Source: an uncultured virus (IMG/VR IMGVR_UViG_3300023178_000038)
Lineage: Duplodnaviria; Heunggongvirae; Uroviricota; Caudoviricetes
IMG/VR virus record: IMGVR_UViG_3300023178_000038
Direction: 5' to 3' (one strand)
DNA: 20,000 bases
Shown here: positions 1 through 9,908 of the stretch, one piece after another
Layout of the letters: every line of letters starts with the position of its first letter
Numbering within the stretch: the stretch's first letter is position 1
Notes under the pieces: generated by a model
What the model was told of the DNA's origin: nothing
Seen by the model: only the letters and a program-made list of their open reading frames with translations
The model's database searches: none
Made by a program: the position numbers and the translations under genes

Positions 1-324
1 TCCACCTACTGATTGCGTATTTTGATCCATAATCATTAAACGAAAACCTGATACAAGATCTTCATTAGCTTCATCAGCCAATGGTTCAATAACTAAATTT
101 AAATCACTTCTTCCTGCACCTACTAATTCTTCTAAATTATAAGGACCATAAACTAATAATCCATCTTCTCTAGGAAAAACGTCCATTAAATCAGACCACT
201 CTTCACCTACAAAATCTAATAATTTTTGACCGCCAAAATCTCTATTGTTGACTGTTTCTTTAGTAGCAGTTTCAACTAACTGATCTAATGCTTTTATTAT
301 TCTTATAAGTTCTTGGGGATCCAC
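1..324 (-). CDS. Hypothetical protein of the virion operon, 5' part only (runs off the window)
   Basis: Not in the ORF track. GTG at 324 overlaps the TAG of the upstream gene (TAGTG). The frame is open for 108 codons to the edge: MDPQELIRIIKALDQLVETATKETVNNRDFGG... Confidence 0.75.
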   Translation of the reverse strand, partial: MDPQELIRIIKALDQLVETATKETVNNRDFGGQKLLDFVGEEWSDLMDVFPREDGLLVYGPYNLEELVGAGRSDLNLVIEPLADEANEDLVSGFRLMIMDQNTQSVGG

Positions 325-2123
325 TATCCTCCAATCATGCGGTCAAATTGATCTATAGAACTAAACAAATAACTTAGATCGTTACGTTCTTGTATACCTC
401 TCTGTTGTGCTTGTAGCTGTGGTTCAAATTGTTGTTCTGCAAAAGCTGCTAGTTCTTCACCTGCTGTTGATGGTATAGATATTTCTGTTGGCGCACCAGG
501 AAATAATCTTTCAGCTAAATCTAAATTCTTTTGATACTCTGCAGTAGCTGTATCGTAATCTTTATCTGCTTGTATGTAAAAGTCAGAAAACGCTACAAGT
601 TCTGCGTCTGTAAGTTTACGTGTAACACCTGCAGATTTAAGTGCTGCGTCTATCTGATCTTTAATAAATCCTGGTGATGGTGTTTGATAAACTTTAGGTG
701 TAAGTGGTGGTTTTTTAAAGTAACGTTCCTTTTCTGCATTAAGTTGTGTATATACATCTATCATGTTTAAGTTAGCGTCAACCATTGCACTATACATTGC
801 ACCTGATGTTTTATCTTGCCATGCACCTTGTTCTAAGAAAAAATCTTCTACTCCTAAATAACCTGCTTGCATAAGATCTGTTTGCACTGCTTTTATTTCT
901 TGTGGTGCTAATGAGATCCAGGATATTTTTTGTGTATTGTTTAGTCCTGGACCTTGACCAGATATGTGATCTGTTGCACCATAAAACTGTTCTTCTGGAA
1001 TACTACCTGCATATATCTGTTCTGGAAGTAATGCGTCTTTCATCTGTGACGCTGTTGGTTCTCCATCTTTAAATGCGTCTGCTAAATCTGGTTGTTTATA
1101 TATTGCATATTCTGGTGTAATACCACCGAATATGTCATACTCTGGTGCAGCAGCTAAACTTGTGTTGTAATCTATCCAACCATCTAATGCTGCTTGTGCA
1201 GACTCTTTAGTACCTCCTGCAAATATCAATTCTTTTGTAGGATCTTCTGCTATCTCATCTTCTAGCAATAACAATTCATCTCTACTTAAAGTTTTCACTT
1301 CACCTACAGATGAACCGTCTGGTGTTTTAGTACCTATTGCTACACTAAATGTATCTCCTATATCTAAGTCTGTATTAAATTTACCATCAGAACTATACGA
1401 TTCTACAGCTTTTAAGTACTCGCCATCTACTGGTTCCCATGTATTTGTTTGTTCATTAAGTTTCATTGCAGGTCTTGTTAATATAGTTGGTTTTGCAAAA
1501 CCAGGATATTTTCTATAGTTCTTACCTTCTACAGGATAAAAACCTTCGCCTAAACTAACAGGTGCATTGTTTCTGAAGTATTCATCTAAATCTTCTGTAA
1601 CATATATTGTTCCGCCTTCACCTTGTGGTGGTCGTATAACAACACCTAATAAACCTGTATCTTCGTATATCTTATCTAGTTTTATATTTAAATATTCATA
1701 GTATTCTTCTGAAGCACCTGGAGAACCTGCACCTTTTAAACCTGCTGCAATATCTAGTCCTGCGTAAATATCTTCATTTCTTTTTTTATCTTCGTCACTC
1801 TGTGCTGTTTTCCAATCTGATACTCCATATAATTGTGATACTGCATTGTTTAATGCTTTGTTAAAAGTATTAAGTGGTGTACGTGATGTTCTTCTTCTAT
1901 TTACTTCTCCATAAGGTTCTTGAAATGATATGAGATCATTAGACATATTTGCACCTACAGTGTCATACACATTAAGTTCTGTGTAGACTTTTGCTATAAA
2001 TACTTGATCTGGTATTTCTTGACTAACTAAATCTTGTAATATTTTTGTTATTTCTTCATCTGGTGCAAAACCTCTAAGTGCAATAATGCTATCTACAAAA
2101 CCTTGCTTAAAATCTTTGTCCAT
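324..2123 (-). CDS. Putative internal virion/ejection protein, 599 aa, acidic, with a possible peptidoglycan-binding-like segment
   Basis: Long ORF coupled (TAATG) to the 1794-aa gene. EIKAVQTDLMQAGYL...QGAWQDKTSGAM resembles the PG_binding_1 pattern. Function inferred from position. Confidence 0.5.
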   Translation of the reverse strand: MDKDFKQGFVDSIIALRGFAPDEEITKILQDLVSQEIPDQVFIAKVYTELNVYDTVGANMSNDLISFQEPYGEVNRRRTSRTPLNTFNKALNNAVSQLYGVSDWKTAQSDEDKKRNEDIYAGLDIAAGLKGAGSPGASEEYYEYLNIKLDKIYEDTGLLGVVIRPPQGEGGTIYVTEDLDEYFRNNAPVSLGEGFYPVEGKNYRKYPGFAKPTILTRPAMKLNEQTNTWEPVDGEYLKAVESYSSDGKFNTDLDIGDTFSVAIGTKTPDGSSVGEVKTLSRDELLLLEDEIAEDPTKELIFAGGTKESAQAALDGWIDYNTSLAAAPEYDIFGGITPEYAIYKQPDLADAFKDGEPTASQMKDALLPEQIYAGSIPEEQFYGATDHISGQGPGLNNTQKISWISLAPQEIKAVQTDLMQAGYLGVEDFFLEQGAWQDKTSGAMYSAMVDANLNMIDVYTQLNAEKERYFKKPPLTPKVYQTPSPGFIKDQIDAALKSAGVTRKLTDAELVAFSDFYIQADKDYDTATAEYQKNLDLAERLFPGAPTEISIPSTAGEELAAFAEQQFEPQLQAQQRGIQERNDLSYLFSSIDQFDRMIGG

Positions 2124-5100
2124 TAAATATCCTCTGTATCAGGTAACTGTGGTAAGTATACACCGTATTCTTTAAGTGTATCATAATCGTATTGCAAATC
2201 CTCTAAGAAATCTGTACGTTCTTGGAATAATGGAAGCAATACACGTTCAGCTACAACCTGGAAATCTGGATTACTATTTATCAATGTACCTATAAGATCA
2301 CGTAATTGTTGTCTTTCTTTTAATAATGTACGTGATGTACGCCAACCATTCTTAGATAATCCTGCTCTAAGTGATCGCTTTTCTAATGTATTAATTAAAC
2401 TAAACACTACAAGCAAGTCTTTACCTACTGGTGTACCAGATAATTTAGAACTGTTTTTCCAATCTTTAAGTTCTTCATACTGCATTTCTAATGTAGATGT
2501 TTGTGGTAATCCTGGTACTGTAGCGTCAAATCCAGGAAATTTTTGTTTAGCTATATCTCTATGAAATGCTAACTCTCTGTTACGTACTAAGTTTTGATAA
2601 GGATCTGTTATATCGTATGTTTGTAATGTAGATACACGCTTTTCTTCCATATAAAACTGACCTAGTCTTTGGTTACGTTTAGCTAACCATTCTTCTGGTT
2701 TAAGTGGTTCTCTTTGTTCATTAGCAATAGTTCTTACGTATGCTTCATAATCAAAAGGACCACCACCGCCTTGTGGTATTGCATATTGTGCAGTAAATGA
2801 ATATTCTTCAAATATCTCTGGATTTTCTTTTTGAAACTTAACACCACGTTCATCTACTGGTCTAGGTTCTACTACAACTGTTTTAGGTGTAGCAATGTCA
2901 ATAGGATTAAATCCAAACTCATCTATAAAATATTTAGTAGCAGAATAGTTATCGCCAGGTGCATATAAAAATCTACCTGTAATTGGATCTTTAGGTGGTG
3001 TCTCTAATAACTCTCTATACCTATCTGACAATATTTGCATAGAATAAATATGACCTGCATTCTTTTCATTACCAATGTCAAAACGTGGATTAAGTCCTAC
3101 TGGACCAACAAACTGTGATATAGCTTTTATAAGTGTTAAACCTTTTGCAATAGATCGTGCTTCTTTCATTAACTCATCTTGTTGTCCTGCGGTTCTGTCA
3201 TCTCTACCATCAGCTTTAAGTATTCTGTAAACATCAATAGTTGTGTTAGAAGCAATACGTGTTATTTCGTTTTGACCTACATCTTCGTTATATGCGTACA
3301 ATGCCTGGTATGTATTACGTAACCATGCAGGTACACCTGCTGCAGCAATAAGATCTCCTGCAGATCGTACATCTGGCAAACCATACGGAAACAAAACTTT
3401 TTTAGCTTCGTCAAAGTTTGGACTTGCGTTTACAAAAAAGCTAGCAGGTATAGCAACTGCAGGTCCAATACCTGGTACTACTTCTAATGCTAGGTTAAGT
3501 GATCCTGCATAACCAGGTAATCTAACACCAACATTCCTATCTTCACCAAATAATCCATCAGATACAAGATCATCTATAAGCGGATAGTAAAATACTTCTT
3601 CACCAGTAACTTCATCTTCTCCTAAAAATCCTTCACCTTCTACTGGACTAAATGGATTACTAGCACGTGCAGCGTTAACTGTCACTTGACCTCTACGTAA
3701 TATCTCTGGGTTTTCTTTTAATAGCTTTGCCCATGTAGTCATAATCTCTATATATGCTTCGCCGAATGGAAATATACCACGTAAGTTATATGCTAGTTTT
3801 TTACGTTTAGTTAAGTCATACAATAGTTCTTGAACTTCTGTTAAAGCTCTAGCTTTTGCTATTCTATCAATTAAATCAACGTCACCAGATTTATCTGTAA
3901 ATCCTAGTAACTCTGCTTTTTCTTTCATGTTGTTGTTAAACACTTCTTGTACATCATCTATCTCTGATTCTATGTCAAATATGTCTTCTGCTAAATCATC
4001 TACACGTTTTTTTACATTTGCAGGTACTATGTCATCTTCGTATGTAACTCCTGATCCGTATGTACCAGTTATATCAAGTTCTAGTTTCATAAGTTCTTCT
4101 TGTTTGTCTGTTAACTTTTCTTCTAGTCTTGATCGTTTTTTATTTAGTGCTGTAGATAAATTCTCAAACTCTTCATCAAGATCTTCAAATCCTAAACCTA
4201 ATGCTGTATCTTTTTCATTAAGTTCTTTAACTTTACGTTGAAACATATCTATGTTTATCTCTGTATCTGCTTTACGTAGTTTTTGTGCAGGCAATCCTAT
4301 GTCAGCTCTAAATGTAGCTAACATGTTTTCTCCAGGTAAACTTGCATTTAATGCACCTGCAACTTTTATTTCTTTGCCATCAATTGTATATGTACCACCT
4401 TCTAACATAACTTGTCTCATTTTGCCTGACATGTATGGAAGAAGATCGTATATAGTTCTCCAGTATGCTTGTCTAAATACTGGTGATCTTGACGCGTTAT
4501 CTGTTCTTTGTCCCATTAATGCGTCAAATGCTTTGTTTGTATAAAACTCTAATTTACCAACATTGTCTATATAATCTGTTTTACCAACAGCAACTACGTT
4601 AGGAAGATCGTTAATGTATTCATCAGACATTAGTGTTTTCTTTACAGATTTATATAATGTTTGATCACCATTTTTTATACTGTCAAAAAAATCATCTAAT
4701 GTTTCATCAACATATTGTTTACCGTCTAATCTGTTTAATCTGTTACGCAACAACATTTCAAGTATGTTGTTATTTGCTGTTTTTTCTACTGACAATGGGA
4801 ATGGTGTTTTAGCAAAATCTAATTCATCAATGTTTATTTTTTTACTTAAATCATCTAATACATCTAAATTTTGATCAAAAGCACCACCTGCTAACTGATT
4901 TACTCTAGCTGTAATAGATTCAGCATAAGCATATCTACCACCTGCAGTATTCATTCTTGCTCTATAAGTTGGTCCGCCTTTACTATATGCTTCTATAATT
5001 TCTGTAGCACGTGAACTAGATCCTTCAATAAACTCTTTTAATCTAGCGTCTCTTTGTTTTTTAGTTAAGGCACCTCTGTATAAAAAGTTAAATAATCTGT

Positions 5101-7507
5101 CATAGTGTAAATGTGCTATTTCACGTACAATACCATCATCAAAATATTTTTGTATAAGTCTAGGTTGTGTCTCTTGGTTACGTAATGCGTCTTCTTTTGT
5201 AACAACGTCCATAGGGTGTACACCAGGTTTTTTACGTCTCCTACCTGCTTTGTATGCACCACCAAATAAATAGTCAAAGTTGCTAGATCCATATCTACGT
5301 GAACTAGCTTGCTGCCACTCTAATGCTTCATCTAGTGGATTACCTAACAAATCTGCAAACTTTACATTTTTGCTAGTCCATCTTGCAGCTTCTGTCTTGT
5401 TAGGTTTTTTAAGTAATCCCAGTGACAATACTGACAATGGTCGTGAAAATATATTGTCATAACCACGTGTGTACATACGTAGCTGCTCTTCTCCTACAAC
5501 ACGAAGTAACCAGGCACCACGTAACAATACAAATGGTTTCCAAAAATCTGAATAATAACTATCTATAATTTTAGACATTGTACCTGCACGTATATTGGCA
5601 GGTAACTTACTAAACATATCTATTCCTGCTTCTGACGCTTTAGCTCTTATTAGTGACATAGAATTCATAGCTTTTGCTAATTGTCCAGGATCAGGTAAAG
5701 GTATTGTTCTGTTAATAAACTCTGTAAGTAAGTGTGGATCTGGATTTACAAATGCTTTGTTATCTACAATTGTTTGACTAATCTTTGCACCTGGATTAGC
5801 AACATTGTTACCTGTAACTGCGTCAATAAAATATGCGCGTAGCTCTGGTAGATAATCTTCAAAGATTCTACTAAATGTAAATGCGTCTTCTTTATTTACA
5901 CCATACTTTTCTACTAAATCATCAGTAGCGTATGTAACCATATCTTTTACAACATTAAATAATCCTGTCTGATCACCATCTTCAAGTCTTACTGCTCTGT
6001 TAATTATCTGATCTTTAGCAACAGGATCTACAGTAGTTTGATCTAGCCAACCTTTAATGTTTGTTACTGCGTCATCTAATTGATTACTATCTACGTATCT
6101 GTATGGAAACTCACCTGCGTATGTAGCTAATATTCTTGCTGATCTATTAGGACTATCCATAAGTTTTGTCTTAATAACTTTTTTAGCACCAAATAATTTA
6201 CCTGTACCTTTAGGTACTCCTCCTAGTAATTCTTCTGTAGCACCACCTAAAAATCTACCTATAGCACCTACTGTTGGTGCTTGACCTGTACCAAAAGGAC
6301 CAAAAGGATCTTCTAAAAATTCTGTAATAAGATTAGACATAAGTTCACGTTTTTCATCTGCAGATTTTGTAAAGTCTTGTGATATATCCATAAATGCTGC
6401 AATAGCTTCTCTGTCTGTTATGCCAGTAAGTTCTATAAATTTATTAGGACTATCTAATTCTGACATATAATCTATAAGTTTTTTACCGCCAGGATCTTTA
6501 GATAAATAATTAGAAATAGATCTACCAGACATAAACGGTAGTCCCCAACCTTTATTAACTGCACCTATGTATTCTTTTTGTGCTTTAGTTAACTTGTCAG
6601 GTTCTATCTTCTGTAATTCTTTTACAAGATAATCTGGTACTTTTAATGCTTTTCTACTTTTAGCAAAGGCACCTAATCCTAATGTCATATAGTTTGCAGG
6701 ATCTAAAAACAATGCTTTACCTGCGTCTAATACACCAGATATAACATTAAATGGTCTACTGTTTGGTTCTGCAACTTGTAATGCAATAGTTCTACCTAAT
6801 GATATAGGTGCAGTACCGTATTGACTTGTAATAGTAAAGTTCTCATTACCTTCTTGCATACTTCTGTCTATGTCAGTTATTGGTGTACCTAAGTAATTTT
6901 GTATAACTTGTTGCGCTCTACCTTGATCAAAACCAGAACGTATCATGTACTGGTACTCATCATAAAATTTAGATTGTGGATTCTCTGGATCAAATACTTC
7001 TGACACTGGCAAAAATCCTTCGCCTAAATTTACTTTTGAACCTTTATTAAGTTCTCCTATAAGTTGTTTAATTGTTGACTTACCTGATTGTTTGTATGCT
7101 TCTTTAAATGTTAAATTTTCTGCATTGTCTCCAAACTTAGAAGCAATAAAAGAGTTAATAGGTCTATCTACTGTTGTTCTATATAAATCTTCTAAACCTA
7201 AAAATCCTAAACGTACACCTGCTTGCAACGGATCAAATACTTTATCTAATATTGTTTTGCTGTTTGATTGTGCAATCATCTTAGATATATCTTCTAATAC
7301 TGTTGCTTCTGGTTTAACTTGTAATGTTGTTAATGCAGTAATAACATCTGGTGAAAAGTTAGGATATGCTTGTGAAATAGAACTTGCACGCATAGCGTCT
7401 TCTTTAGTTATAGATTGTTTAGCACGTTTATATGTTGCTTGTCTACGTTGTAGTTCTTGATAAAACTCTTGCTCTTGTGCAGGATTATCTCTATGAAATT
7501 CTGCCAT
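2123..7507 (-). CDS. Very large putative internal virion (ejection/core) protein, 1794 aa
   Basis: Size, position after the portal, a helical/coiled-coil stretch (about aa 1090-1200) and a GIFPFGEAY segment typical of large podovirus core proteins. No tape-measure repeats or tail-fibre features seen. Confidence 0.6.
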   Translation of the reverse strand: MAEFHRDNPAQEQEFYQELQRRQATYKRAKQSITKEDAMRASSISQAYPNFSPDVITALTTLQVKPEATVLEDISKMIAQSNSKTILDKVFDPLQAGVRLGFLGLEDLYRTTVDRPINSFIASKFGDNAENLTFKEAYKQSGKSTIKQLIGELNKGSKVNLGEGFLPVSEVFDPENPQSKFYDEYQYMIRSGFDQGRAQQVIQNYLGTPITDIDRSMQEGNENFTITSQYGTAPISLGRTIALQVAEPNSRPFNVISGVLDAGKALFLDPANYMTLGLGAFAKSRKALKVPDYLVKELQKIEPDKLTKAQKEYIGAVNKGWGLPFMSGRSISNYLSKDPGGKKLIDYMSELDSPNKFIELTGITDREAIAAFMDISQDFTKSADEKRELMSNLITEFLEDPFGPFGTGQAPTVGAIGRFLGGATEELLGGVPKGTGKLFGAKKVIKTKLMDSPNRSARILATYAGEFPYRYVDSNQLDDAVTNIKGWLDQTTVDPVAKDQIINRAVRLEDGDQTGLFNVVKDMVTYATDDLVEKYGVNKEDAFTFSRIFEDYLPELRAYFIDAVTGNNVANPGAKISQTIVDNKAFVNPDPHLLTEFINRTIPLPDPGQLAKAMNSMSLIRAKASEAGIDMFSKLPANIRAGTMSKIIDSYYSDFWKPFVLLRGAWLLRVVGEEQLRMYTRGYDNIFSRPLSVLSLGLLKKPNKTEAARWTSKNVKFADLLGNPLDEALEWQQASSRRYGSSNFDYLFGGAYKAGRRRKKPGVHPMDVVTKEDALRNQETQPRLIQKYFDDGIVREIAHLHYDRLFNFLYRGALTKKQRDARLKEFIEGSSSRATEIIEAYSKGGPTYRARMNTAGGRYAYAESITARVNQLAGGAFDQNLDVLDDLSKKINIDELDFAKTPFPLSVEKTANNNILEMLLRNRLNRLDGKQYVDETLDDFFDSIKNGDQTLYKSVKKTLMSDEYINDLPNVVAVGKTDYIDNVGKLEFYTNKAFDALMGQRTDNASRSPVFRQAYWRTIYDLLPYMSGKMRQVMLEGGTYTIDGKEIKVAGALNASLPGENMLATFRADIGLPAQKLRKADTEINIDMFQRKVKELNEKDTALGLGFEDLDEEFENLSTALNKKRSRLEEKLTDKQEELMKLELDITGTYGSGVTYEDDIVPANVKKRVDDLAEDIFDIESEIDDVQEVFNNNMKEKAELLGFTDKSGDVDLIDRIAKARALTEVQELLYDLTKRKKLAYNLRGIFPFGEAYIEIMTTWAKLLKENPEILRRGQVTVNAARASNPFSPVEGEGFLGEDEVTGEEVFYYPLIDDLVSDGLFGEDRNVGVRLPGYAGSLNLALEVVPGIGPAVAIPASFFVNASPNFDEAKKVLFPYGLPDVRSAGDLIAAAGVPAWLRNTYQALYAYNEDVGQNEITRIASNTTIDVYRILKADGRDDRTAGQQDELMKEARSIAKGLTLIKAISQFVGPVGLNPRFDIGNEKNAGHIYSMQILSDRYRELLETPPKDPITGRFLYAPGDNYSATKYFIDEFGFNPIDIATPKTVVVEPRPVDERGVKFQKENPEIFEEYSFTAQYAIPQGGGGPFDYEAYVRTIANEQREPLKPEEWLAKRNQRLGQFYMEEKRVSTLQTYDITDPYQNLVRNRELAFHRDIAKQKFPGFDATVPGLPQTSTLEMQYEELKDWKNSSKLSGTPVGKDLLVVFSLINTLEKRSLRAGLSKNGWRTSRTLLKERQQLRDLIGTLINSNPDFQVVAERVLLPLFQERTDFLEDLQYDYDTLKEYGVYLPQLPDTEDI

Positions 7508-7962
7508 TAGATATTACGCTGCGTTCTACCTATCTGCCTATCAGAAGCAAATTTTAGTAAACCTAAAAGCTCTGCAGTAGGATTAACTTCTGCCATTGCA
7601 CGTATTAACATTACGTCATCTGGTTCTAAAAATTGATCCTCCATTGGTGGACGTGAGTACGCATTTAAATCATCTTCTCCTGGTGCAAATACATCTGCAA
7701 TACCAGGTGATACTCCACCTAATTGTTGTGGCTGCGGTTGTGGTGCAGCAAATGTAGTTTGTGGTTGTTCTATGTTTCCTTGTCTAACTTGTTCTACAAG
7801 TGCAGCTTCTTCACCTGCTGACTCATTAACCATACCTCTTACATCATCTATTGTTGGTGCGGCACCGTCAGTTCTTCTAGCTAATCTACCTGGACCGCTT
7901 ACTGCAGCAGGTCTCTTAACTCCACCTCTTCTACCACGACTTCTACTACTGCCATTCGCCAT
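7507..7962 (-). CDS. Phage hypothetical protein, 151 aa, basic N-terminus (RGRRGG...PAAVSGPGRLARRTDG); probably head-associated
   Basis: Start moved from 7983 to ATG 7962 because of the SD in caGGAGGActttaATG. Coupled to the next gene by TAATG. Confidence 0.65.
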   Translation of the reverse strand: MANGSSRSRGRRGGVKRPAAVSGPGRLARRTDGAAPTIDDVRGMVNESAGEEAALVEQVRQGNIEQPQTTFAAPQPQPQQLGGVSPGIADVFAPGEDDLNAYSRPPMEDQFLEPDDVMLIRAMAEVNPTAELLGLLKFASDRQIGRTQRNI

Positions 7963-8167
7963 TAAAGTCCTCCTGTTGTCCAAAAAATATAATTAAGCCA
8001 TTTGGTATGTATTGTACAACCATTCCTTGTGGCATGTCAGATATTATTGGTTCATCTGCGTATATTTCATCTTCGTAATCAGCAATTGCTTCTTCTGTTT
8101 TTTGCCATACATCAACTAAACAGTTGTTGACAATATCGCTAAATTCATAATCTAATGGTCTAGGCAC
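7946..8167 (-). CDS. Small acidic hypothetical protein (~73 aa)
   Basis: Fills the gap between the portal and the next gene. SD AGGAGG near 8176-8181 lies about 8 nt before GTG 8167. Confidence 0.6.
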   Translation of the reverse strand: MPRPLDYEFSDIVNNCLVDVWQKTEEAIADYEDEIYADEPIISDMPQGMVVQYIPNGLIIFFGQQEDFNGEWQ

Positions 8168-9908
8168 CTTGCACACCTCCTAAGAGTAATGATCTTATAT
8201 CTGGTGCAGGACCTTGTGGTACTGGTTGTCCACCGCCCATCATTTGATCGAGTAACGCAGCTTCACCTTCTGGTACTTCTGGTTCTTCTGCTGTATAAAA
8301 TTTATCTAGTATTGATTGCATAGAGTTAGGATTTTTATAAATCTGTACTAACGCCATTGTTGCTTTAGGATCACCTTGACTTGCTTGTACCTTTAATGTT
8401 TCAAACAAAGTACGTTCTGCTTCGTCTTTTAATATTCTGTCGTTAATCTTTTGTACATTATCAAGTCCGTCCATGTTTTCTTGTAATGTCTCTTTGTCAA
8501 TTATTCCTGCTTGCAATAACTGTAAACCAGAGACAATCTTTGTTGGCTCATCAAATCCTGCCATAACTCCATACACACGTCTAGTCTTGTACATACCTTG
8601 TATGTCTGTGCTAGGTGTATATTGTTCTGCATACGCTGTGCCTTTAAGATAACCTGCTAATGGTTTTTTCTTGTTACCATTTAATACTTCGTCCATCTCT
8701 AAACGTTTATAATCTAGTTCTTCTATTGCTGTTTTAAGTGCTAACTGATATTCTTTTACGTTTAGATCAACGGACGATAGTAACTCTTGTAATCCCCTAC
8801 CTGTAACAAATGAGTTAGGAGATATAGCGTCATCACTAACTGGATAGCTTGATCCAACACGAAGTTGTCGTTCTATCCTGTCTATCTGTTGAAACAACTG
8901 ATATGGAACATTGTTTGGTGGTTTAGCGACTTGTGAACCTGGTGTTAAATAGTTGACTGCAAATCTACCGCGTTTGTAGTTCCCACTCTCTAATTCACCA
9001 ATAATATTCGTTTCTGTGAATACGCTGTCTTCCATAGCAATTATGGACAAGACGTTAATCTTTGCCATAGCTGCCATCAAACCTAGTACATGGTCATACT
9101 GACCAGATAATCTATCAAAACTAAATCTTTTAGATATAACAAAACGTGGACCTGATTTAAGAGGATTAGGTGTAAAGTCTAGTATTTGTTTTTGTTCTGG
9201 TAAAAATACGTATGTACCATCTTCATCATAAAACTCTACAAGTTCTGTACCGTCAGCTAAATGATTATCCCAACTTCTTTGAAATCCGTCATGGTATTTA
9301 AACTTACTATAACCTGATGGGAACTGACTTGACTCATCAACCATAACTTGTGCTTGTGGGTACATCTGTTTAATAACAGCGTTAGGTACAAGTCTTATAA
9401 GTGCTAATTCTTTTGGATCTTGATCTGGTCCGTAATATCCTGGATAACAATCATAAGGATCACGTAGTTCTGCGTGTGGGTACATAATGCCATCTGGTGA
9501 CATCTTTTGTCTTATGATCCATACACAAAAACCATAACCAGGCAACCATCTAGCTGCTTGTGGTAACTGCATATCCATTTTAGAATTGCTATCTAAGTTA
9601 GTAACTATACGTTCTAACTTCTCTGCTTTGTTTTTAGCACGTTCGCTATCTGCGTAAGCGTCTACCTTTATGTCTGGCATACGTCCTAATTTTTGTGCTA
9701 AGTGTTCTAAACCTGAATTTATAAGATTAGGTATTGGTAAATCAATGTCGTAATTCTTTGCGCTCTCACCTAACAGTGCAGCAATACCATTGCTACCACC
9801 GTTCATAATGGATCTGACTCTATCACGATATTCATAGTGTCCACTATGTTCGTGCATTCCTTTTAGGTCGTCAGTCTTAATTAATAATTCGTCTGGGGTA
9901 TACACCAT
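8160..9908 (-). CDS. Portal (head-tail connector) protein, ~582 aa
   Basis: Directly follows TerL with a TAATG overlap at 9908. Size, the ELRDPYDCYP segment and the Pro/Gln/Gly-rich C-terminal tail fit podovirus-type portals. Confidence 0.8.
   Translation of the reverse strand: MVYTPDELLIKTDDLKGMHEHSGHYEYRDRVRSIMNGGSNGIAALLGESAKNYDIDLPIPNLINSGLEHLAQKLGRMPDIKVDAYADSERAKNKAEKLERIVTNLDSNSKMDMQLPQAARWLPGYGFCVWIIRQKMSPDGIMYPHAELRDPYDCYPGYYGPDQDPKELALIRLVPNAVIKQMYPQAQVMVDESSQFPSGYSKFKYHDGFQRSWDNHLADGTELVEFYDEDGTYVFLPEQKQILDFTPNPLKSGPRFVISKRFSFDRLSGQYDHVLGLMAAMAKINVLSIIAMEDSVFTETNIIGELESGNYKRGRFAVNYLTPGSQVAKPPNNVPYQLFQQIDRIERQLRVGSSYPVSDDAISPNSFVTGRGLQELLSSVDLNVKEYQLALKTAIEELDYKRLEMDEVLNGNKKKPLAGYLKGTAYAEQYTPSTDIQGMYKTRRVYGVMAGFDEPTKIVSGLQLLQAGIIDKETLQENMDGLDNVQKINDRILKDEAERTLFETLKVQASQGDPKATMALVQIYKNPNSMQSILDKFYTAEEPEVPEGEAALLDQMMGGGQPVPQGPAPDIRSLLLGGVQGA

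Noticed and set aside
2123..7507. Tape measure protein or virion RNA polymerase identity for the 1794-aa ORF
   Set aside because: No periodic aromatic repeats or tail-chaperone context, and no RNAP catalytic motifs (DxDGD or T7-type) seen.
3927..7996. + strand ORFs (3927, 4251, 5280, 5595, 7092, 7772)
   Set aside because: Antisense shadows of long - strand genes; Ser/Leu-rich with no RBS.
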